Below the pieces are notes generated by a model, which was given only the letters and a program-made list of their open reading frames with translations, did not search any database and was not told the origin of the DNA. Shown here in pieces: positions 58,329 to 64,000 of a stretch of DNA of 64,000 nt. Each line of letters opens with the position of its first letter. The stretch's first letter is position 1. Origin of the DNA: Halorutilales archaeon Cl-col2-1 (GTDB lineage Archaea; Halobacteriota; Halobacteria; Halobacteriales; Afararchaeaceae); contig CP169074.1 of NCBI GenBank assembly GCA_041891055.1, forward strand, positions 576,001 through 640,000. The letters are read 5' to 3'. Both the position numbers and the translations under genes were made by a program.

Positions 58329-58466
58329 ATGCCGAACATCAATTTCGAGGTAGAGGATGACCAGTATGAGCGGTTGAAAGAGACGAAGAAGCGGCACGGG
58401 CTGACGTGGAAAGGAATGATGCTGCACGCCCAACGGGAGTTGGATTCCGACGAGAGCGACGAATAG
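58329..58466 (+). CDS. 45-aa putative ribbon-helix-helix protein inside the element
   Basis: Hand-translated MPNINFEVEDDQYERLKETKKRHGLTWKGMMLHAQRELDSDESDE; divergent from tnpB. Confidence 0.75.
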   Translation: MPNINFEVEDDQYERLKETKKRHGLTWKGMMLHAQRELDSDESDE

Positions 58467-58532
58467 CGGCTGTATAGTACCATGTCGGATTCCTTCCCGA
58501 CGTAAACGACGGGATTCCCTCCTTGTAGAAAG

Positions 58533-58868
58533 ATGGAAGACGAGACCGTCGGGAGTGTCGTGATAGAGGAGAACGGCTCTCCTGAGGGGCTCGTGACAGA
58601 CAGGAAGATAGCTATGGAGATGGGGCACGGAGTCGACGGCGGAGCGCCCGTAAGCGAGATAATGACGACCGACCTCGTGACTGCCGACGCAGACGATGGT
58701 GTCTTCGAGGTTCTGAGGACGATGTCGGGCGAGAGTATAAGGAGATGTCCCGTAGTCGAGAACGGCGAACTCGCGGGTATCGTCACACTCGATGACATGG
58801 TAGTACTCCTCAGCGACGAGCTCGCCAACGTCTCGGAGGTCATCACAGGTCAGTCGCCGCCGTATTAG
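58533..58868 (+). pseudogene. CBS-domain gene, 3' part
   Basis: VGSVVI..GLVTDR and IRRCPVV..GIVTLDD motifs. Confidence 0.88.
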
Positions 58869-58927
58869 GAGTCGAACAGTAACCAAAGTACCTTAACCTT
58901 TTGTTTGGTTGGATTATATAGGGTAAC

Positions 58928-59995
58928 ATGGAAGAGTCCAGCCTCGACCTCGGAGACAGGAACTCTAAGGATGAAGACCTGGAGTGGTGTTACGACACGG
59001 TCCAGGACGTCTCGCGCACGTTTGCTATCACTGTGGATCTACTCGACGAGCCGATGTCATCGTATATCTGTGTAGGTTATCTCCTCTGCCGTATCGCCGA
59101 TACCGTCGAAGACGCCGGACATATACCCCCCGAGGAACAGGCTGAGATACTCGACAGATACAACGACGTACTTGAAGGAGCCGACCCCGAGGAGTTCGAG
59201 GAAGAGGTCGAGGACTGGATTCCCGACGGGAACGACGACGACTGGAAGCTCGTGGGCAACGCCTCGCGAGTCGTAGGTGTATTCAGGTCGTTCTCGCCCG
59301 AGAGCCGGAAGGCGATACTCCCGCCCGTACAGGAACTCGTAGGTGGGATGTCTGAGTTCGTAGAGAGATACTCGTCGAAGGGCGGTCTACGTATACACTC
59401 AGTCGAGGAGTTAGAGGAGTACTGCTGGTACGTCGCCGGAACCGTAGGCGACCTCATAACTAACCTCGTCGTGAGAGGTGCATCGAAGTCGAAGACAAAG
59501 GTCGATGTTCTGAGACAGAACTCACGTTCGTTCGGTCTCCTCCTCCAGTTGGTCAACGTCGCCAAGGACGTCAGGAAGGACTACGAGGAGGAGAACAACG
59601 TCTATCTCCCCGCTGAGTGGCTCGAAGAGGAGGGCGTAGGACAGGAGGAGGTCGCGGATGAGGAGAACGCCGACGCCGTCGCGAGAGTCGTGAGACGTGT
59701 CGTAGACCGCGCCGAGGGCTATCTCGACGACTCACAGAGATATCTCGAGGAGGTTCCCGAGAAAGACGGCAACAACTTAGAGGCGTGGGCAGTACCTTTC
59801 CTCCTCGCGGTCGCTACACTCCGTGAACTCAGGTCACGTCCGAGTGACGTCGTCTTAGAGGGCGACGTAAAGATATCACGCAGAGAAGTGATGGCAATAA
59901 TAGATGCCTTCACGTCGCCCGACTCCGACGTCGGAAAGGAGTCGATAGGCGACCTCAGAAAAACCGTGTCAAGGAAGCCTTTCCACAGATCCTAG
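58928..59995 (+). CDS. Squalene/phytoene synthase family protein
   Basis: VSRTF, DTVED, YCWYVAGTVG and NVAKDV..D motifs. Confidence 0.92.
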   Translation: MEESSLDLGDRNSKDEDLEWCYDTVQDVSRTFAITVDLLDEPMSSYICVGYLLCRIADTVEDAGHIPPEEQAEILDRYNDVLEGADPEEFEEEVEDWIPDGNDDDWKLVGNASRVVGVFRSFSPESRKAILPPVQELVGGMSEFVERYSSKGGLRIHSVEELEEYCWYVAGTVGDLITNLVVRGASKSKTKVDVLRQNSRSFGLLLQLVNVAKDVRKDYEEENNVYLPAEWLEEEGVGQEEVADEENADAVARVVRRVVDRAEGYLDDSQRYLEEVPEKDGNNLEAWAVPFLLAVATLRELRSRPSDVVLEGDVKISRREVMAIIDAFTSPDSDVGKESIGDLRKTVSRKPFHRS

Positions 59996-60258
59996 CGTGG
60001 GTCTACCTTCCAAGTCGTCGCATTGCTCTGGCTCCATCTCTCTATCGAGACGGGGAGATCCGACTCCTCCGACAGCCTTCCGAGGTTGGCTCCGACCTTC
60101 TTCGCCGAGATTCCGAGGTCGCGGGCAATCTTTTTGCTCTTGAAGAAGACCTTCCCCTCTTCGGATCTCTTTCTGAGATACTCGACGATTGCTCTCCGTT
60201 CGTCATTGTAGTCGTCACGTCGGTGCTTGGAAGCCCGGGCTGTCTGTGTCTGCGACAT
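59992..60258 (-). CDS. Small winged-helix protein (DUF7123-like)
   Basis: FFKSKKIARDLG..K.VG..IERWS..ATTW pattern. Confidence 0.75.
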   Translation of the reverse strand: MSQTQTARASKHRRDDYNDERRAIVEYLRKRSEEGKVFFKSKKIARDLGISAKKVGANLGRLSEESDLPVSIERWSQSNATTWKVDPR

Positions 60259-60316
60259 CGTAATTCTACATCTGCCCGAAAAACAGTTATAACTGACTTA
60301 GGCTAAAAAGACGGTT

Positions 60317-61465
60317 TTAGTCTTCGTCGTCGTTCTCGTACGGAGCGTCCTGGTAGAAGTAGTTGGGTGTCTTCACGGTGTCATCGTAGGGCTTGTGGAA
60401 GATATGTGTCGTCGCGGGCGAGACGGGAGGTATGAGCCAGCTCCATTTCCCCGTGACCTCGCGTCCCTCGTCTTCTTCCTCCTCCTCGAACTGTTCGAAC
60501 TGTTCGGCTGCAGTGTGGTGGTCGACTATCTGTACGCCGTCTTCCTCGTAGGAGTGTAGAACCGCCCTGTTTAGCTCGACTACTGCCTCGTCCTTCCAGA
60601 GTGAGCGCGGGTTCGATGTGTCGTATCCGAGTCCCTCGGCGACCTCGGGAAGCATGTCGTACCTGTCTTCGTCGGCGAAGTTACGCGCGCCTATCTCTGT
60701 CTCCATGTACCAGCCGTTGAAGGGCGCGGCGGTATACTGGAGTCCTCCTATTTCGAGACGCATGTCCGAGACTATCGGAACGGCGTACCATCTCAGACCC
60801 AGATCCTCGAACCAGTCGTACTCAGGATGGCGTATACCGACTTCGAGAGCTATCTCGTCGGGGGCGTCGAAGATCTGAGGCTCGTTGTCCCGGATCTGTA
60901 TCACGAGAGGAAGTAGATCGAACTCTGTCCTCTCTCCGTCGGGCTCCCATCCCCTCGACTCGCAGTACTCGGTGAACTCGACCTCGTCGGGGTCACCAAT
61001 TATGCCGTCTTCTGTCTCGTAACCCGCGTAACGCACGAGTTCGTAGTTCCAGATACGTACCTGCTGTTCGCCCCGCACCATCGGCTTGAATATCGATATG
61101 GCGGGCTTTATGTCGCCATCATTAGTGGCGTACTCGATATGGTCACACAGAGCTTCATATACCCCTTTGGCAGTCTCACGTCCGCGCTCGTCTATGACAT
61201 TGAGCCTGTCCCAGAAGAGACGCCCTATACATCTGTTACTGTTACGCCACGCCATCCGCGCCCCGTGTTCGAGCTCCTCGTAGGTGTGTTCGTAATGCCC
61301 AGTCTCGTCTATCGAGGATCTTATCTCTTCGAGACGTTCGTCGATCTCGTCTTCCTTTCCGAGTTCGGAGTAAGCCTGTCGCACGAACTCCTCAGCCTCT
61401 TTATATACTTGATCGGGGTCGTAGTCGGGAACAGAAGACTCCATGAACTGTTGTATAGTAGTCAC
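60317..61465 (-). CDS. nos: Nitric oxide synthase oxygenase (bacterial-type, stand-alone)
   Basis: AWRNSNRCIGR heme Cys; APFNGWYMETEIGARN, VDHHTA and WSWLIPP motifs. Confidence 0.96.
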   Translation of the reverse strand: MTTIQQFMESSVPDYDPDQVYKEAEEFVRQAYSELGKEDEIDERLEEIRSSIDETGHYEHTYEELEHGARMAWRNSNRCIGRLFWDRLNVIDERGRETAKGVYEALCDHIEYATNDGDIKPAISIFKPMVRGEQQVRIWNYELVRYAGYETEDGIIGDPDEVEFTEYCESRGWEPDGERTEFDLLPLVIQIRDNEPQIFDAPDEIALEVGIRHPEYDWFEDLGLRWYAVPIVSDMRLEIGGLQYTAAPFNGWYMETEIGARNFADEDRYDMLPEVAEGLGYDTSNPRSLWKDEAVVELNRAVLHSYEEDGVQIVDHHTAAEQFEQFEEEEEDEGREVTGKWSWLIPPVSPATTHIFHKPYDDTVKTPNYFYQDAPYENDDED

Positions 61466-61500
61466 GTAGTGCTTTAGAGTCTGCGTTTCGTACCCGGGAT

Positions 61501-62166
61501 ATGACGAGACTCATCGGACATAGAGGCTGTGGGCTCGCACCCGAGAACACGGTAGAGGCGGTCGAGAAGGCAGCCGATTACGTCGATGTGGTCGAGGTCG
61601 ATGTCCGAGCGACAAAGGACGGGGTTCCGGTTCTCCTCCACGACGAGACAGTCGACAGGACGACTTCGAAGACGGGAAGACTCGACTCATACAGGTACGA
61701 GGAGATAGAGGACTTCGTCCCACGTCTCGACGAGGCTCTCGAAGCCGCCGAGGAGTACGGCTTAGACCTCAACATAGAGGTGAAGGAGAGACGTGTCACC
61801 GACGCAGTACTCGACCTCCTCGAAGGCTACCCGGGAGACGTCCTCGTCTCGTCCTTCGACTACGCGGCTCTGAGGGAGTTAGCCGAGAAGTCGAACCACG
61901 GTCTCGCGCCTCTCTTCGAGGAGGGGGACGGATTCGGTGTTGCCGAGGAGGTCGACGCGTCGGCGGTACATCCCCACCACGACCTCGTCGACGCGGAATA
62001 CGTAGACGAAGCCATCCAAAGAGGTCTCGAAGTCAACGCGTGGACTGTCAACGATGTCGGAAGGGCTCTCGAACTCGTCAGTATGGGAGCCGGAGTAATC
62101 ACGGACGTTCCTCACGAGATAGACCCGGAGATGAGAGACCGAGCCGAGGATAACGAAAGCTACTAA
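61501..62166 (+). CDS. Glycerophosphodiester phosphodiesterase
   Basis: GHRG..PENT, EVDV..TKDG..HD and WTVN motifs. Confidence 0.93.
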   Translation: MTRLIGHRGCGLAPENTVEAVEKAADYVDVVEVDVRATKDGVPVLLHDETVDRTTSKTGRLDSYRYEEIEDFVPRLDEALEAAEEYGLDLNIEVKERRVTDAVLDLLEGYPGDVLVSSFDYAALRELAEKSNHGLAPLFEEGDGFGVAEEVDASAVHPHHDLVDAEYVDEAIQRGLEVNAWTVNDVGRALELVSMGAGVITDVPHEIDPEMRDRAEDNESY

Positions 62167-62208
62167 AACGCGCGCGAGGAAGATCAAGAGGGTAATAGAG
62201 GTAGAAGA

Positions 62209-63510
62209 ATGGGAGCAGGAGTAACTATAGTCGGTTCTCAGTTAGGAGACGAAGGCAAAGGGAAGATAACCGATCTCTACGGGGAGTCGGCGGATGTCAT
62301 AGTCCGTTTTCAGGGAGGAGACAACGCCGGACACACCGTCGTCGCAGACGGGGAGGAGTTCAAGCTCCATCTCGTCCCTAGCGGCGTCATAAGAGGTAAG
62401 ACAGCAGTCGTCGGCAACGGCTGTGTCGTCAACCCAAGTGTCCTCCTCGAAGAGATAGAAGAGCTCAGGTCAAAGGGCGTCGATCCCGATCTGTATCTCG
62501 CGGAGCGCGCACATATCATAATGCCGTACCACCGCGTCCTCGACGGAATGGAGGAGGACGCCAAGGGAGACATGGCAGCCGGAACGACGGGACGTGGAAT
62601 AGGACCGTGTTACGAGGACAAGGTCGGTAGACGTGGAGTGCGCGCGCTCGACCTTCTCAACCCCGACAGACTCAGAGAGAAGCTAGAGTACGTCGTGCCG
62701 CGCAAGAGAGCTGTCGTAGAGGACGTCTACGGACTCGAAGCGGGTGACGAGTTCGACGTCGACAAGATATACGAGGAGTACGTCGAGTACGGCGAGGAGC
62801 TCGAAGACCGGATAATAAACGCGAGCGAAGTCATAAACCGGAGTCTCGACGACGGCGACGACGTCCTCTTCGAGGGCGCACAGGGAACATCGCTCGACAT
62901 AGACCACGGAATATACCCGTACCTCACGAGCTCTAACACCACAGTCGGAGGAGCGTGTACGGGAAGCGGAGTCGGAGCGACACGTCTCGACGAGACCGTC
63001 GGTGTCATGAAGGCGTACCTCTCGCGCGTCGGAACAGGACCCCTGCCGACAGAGCTCGAAAACGACGTCGGAGACCATCTCGTCGAGGTCGGAAACGAGT
63101 ACGGCACGACGACGGGCAGACGGAGACGTGTCGGCTGGTTCGACCTGCCGATGGTGAGACACGCCTCACGTATAAACGACTTCACTGGAGGTGTGATCAC
63201 GAGCATAGACGTCCTCGACGGTCTCGATGAGGTCAAGGTCTGTGAGGCGTACGACCTCGACGGCGAACGTGTCGAGACCATCCCCGCCGACATGGACGAC
63301 TGGGCGAGATGTGAGCCCGTCTACGAGAGATTCGACGGCTGGGAAGGCGTCGACTGGGACTCGATAGAGACCTACGACGAGATACCCGAGAACGCGCGCA
63401 CCTACGTAGAGTACCTTGAGGACGAACTCGACACCGAGTTCTACGCCGTGAGCGTGGGTCCCGGAAGAGAGCAAACTATAATCCGTACCAACCCGTTTGA
63501 CAAGCCATGA
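62209..63510 (+). CDS. purA: Adenylosuccinate synthase
   Basis: GDEGKGK, NAGHT and EGAQG motifs. Confidence 0.97.
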   Translation: MGAGVTIVGSQLGDEGKGKITDLYGESADVIVRFQGGDNAGHTVVADGEEFKLHLVPSGVIRGKTAVVGNGCVVNPSVLLEEIEELRSKGVDPDLYLAERAHIIMPYHRVLDGMEEDAKGDMAAGTTGRGIGPCYEDKVGRRGVRALDLLNPDRLREKLEYVVPRKRAVVEDVYGLEAGDEFDVDKIYEEYVEYGEELEDRIINASEVINRSLDDGDDVLFEGAQGTSLDIDHGIYPYLTSSNTTVGGACTGSGVGATRLDETVGVMKAYLSRVGTGPLPTELENDVGDHLVEVGNEYGTTTGRRRRVGWFDLPMVRHASRINDFTGGVITSIDVLDGLDEVKVCEAYDLDGERVETIPADMDDWARCEPVYERFDGWEGVDWDSIETYDEIPENARTYVEYLEDELDTEFYAVSVGPGREQTIIRTNPFDKP

Positions 63511-63701
63511 AGCCAGACCTAATGGATATAATCTGCTGTCCGGTGTGTAAGTCCGACCTCGAACTCACTGTCAACGAGGAGGACGACGACGGCGAGATAA
63601 TCGAGGGTAGTCTCTACTGTGAGAACTGTGACGAGACATACCCCATAGAAGACGGAATCCCGAACCTCCTCCCTCCTGACATGAGGGAAGACGACGAGTA
63701 A
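63507..63701 (+). CDS. Trm112-like methyltransferase activator
   Basis: LMDIICCPVCK..YPIEDGIPNLL; ATGA overlap with purA. Confidence 0.9.
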   Translation: MKPDLMDIICCPVCKSDLELTVNEEDDDGEIIEGSLYCENCDETYPIEDGIPNLLPPDMREDDE

Positions 63702-63723
63702 TATAATCTACTCAGTAGTAGTA

Positions 63724-63999
63724 TCAGTATACCTCGTCGGGGTCGAAGACCTTCTCGCCGACGACCTCGCCATCTACTCTTCTGTGGAAACACGACCTGT
63801 AGCCGGTGTGGCACGCGCCTCCCTCCTGTTCGACCTTGAGTAGAACGGCGTCGGCGTCACAGTCGACGAGTATCTCGTCGACGTCCTGGGTGTGTCCGCT
63901 CGTGGCTCCCTTGTGCCATATCTCGTCGCGCGACCTCGAATAGTAATGTGCCTCACGTGTCTCCCGCGTCTTTTCGAGAGCCTCCTCATTCATGTAGGC
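63724..63999 (-). CDS. hisI: Phosphoribosyl-AMP cyclohydrolase, 3' part
   Basis: YYSRSR..KGATSG, DCDADA and ACHTG..SCF motifs; open at the window end. Confidence 0.95.
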   Translation of the reverse strand, partial: AYMNEEALEKTRETREAHYYSRSRDEIWHKGATSGHTQDVDEILVDCDADAVLLKVEQEGGACHTGYRSCFHRRVDGEVVGEKVFDPDEVY

Positions 64000-64000
64000 G

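Larger units (their letters stand above)
56917..58532 (-). mobile_element. IS200/IS605-family (IS1341-like) tnpB element without tnpA
   Basis: Subterminal hairpins at 56927-56946 and 58495-58514; right end GGAGGATGTCAC; removal restores the CBS ORF. Confidence 0.92.

Noticed and set aside
29876-61465. A single heme/NO system made of CcmE-like, PAS kinase, PitA and NOS
   Set aside because: The genes are spread over more than 30 kb among unrelated genes with no shared motif seen

Overview
This is a gene-dense chromosomal window from a halophilic archaeon. The proteins are strongly acidic, and the window carries haloarchaeal markers (PitA, archaellin, HMG-CoA reductase, Sec61beta, Trm112). Frequent ATA (Ile) and AGA (Arg) codons suggest, by inference only, a divergent lineage such as Halorutilales. 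Housekeeping content includes partial glmS, a vapBC pair, the nuoA-N operon without EFG, coaD-hmgA, polX-ligA, tRNA-Thr(GGT), tRNA-Cys(GCA), lrp-aminotransferase, pstSCAB, purA-trm112 and partial hisI. The most notable items are: (i) an IS200/IS605-type tnpB element (56917-58532) that splits a CBS gene, with both ends, an omega-RNA region, guide and TAM (CCAT) readable from the sequence and a divergent 45-aa gene in place of tnpA; (ii) an archaeal NO synthase oxygenase with Val at the heme-pocket Val/Ile position; (iii) a phoU remnant behind pstB; (iv) a tRNA-like repeat behind tRNA-Thr; (v) several micro-proteins missed by the ORF track; and (vi) an IS6 element with an amber-interrupted transposase. 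No CRISPR array or rRNA was seen. Family names come from motif recognition; no searches were run.
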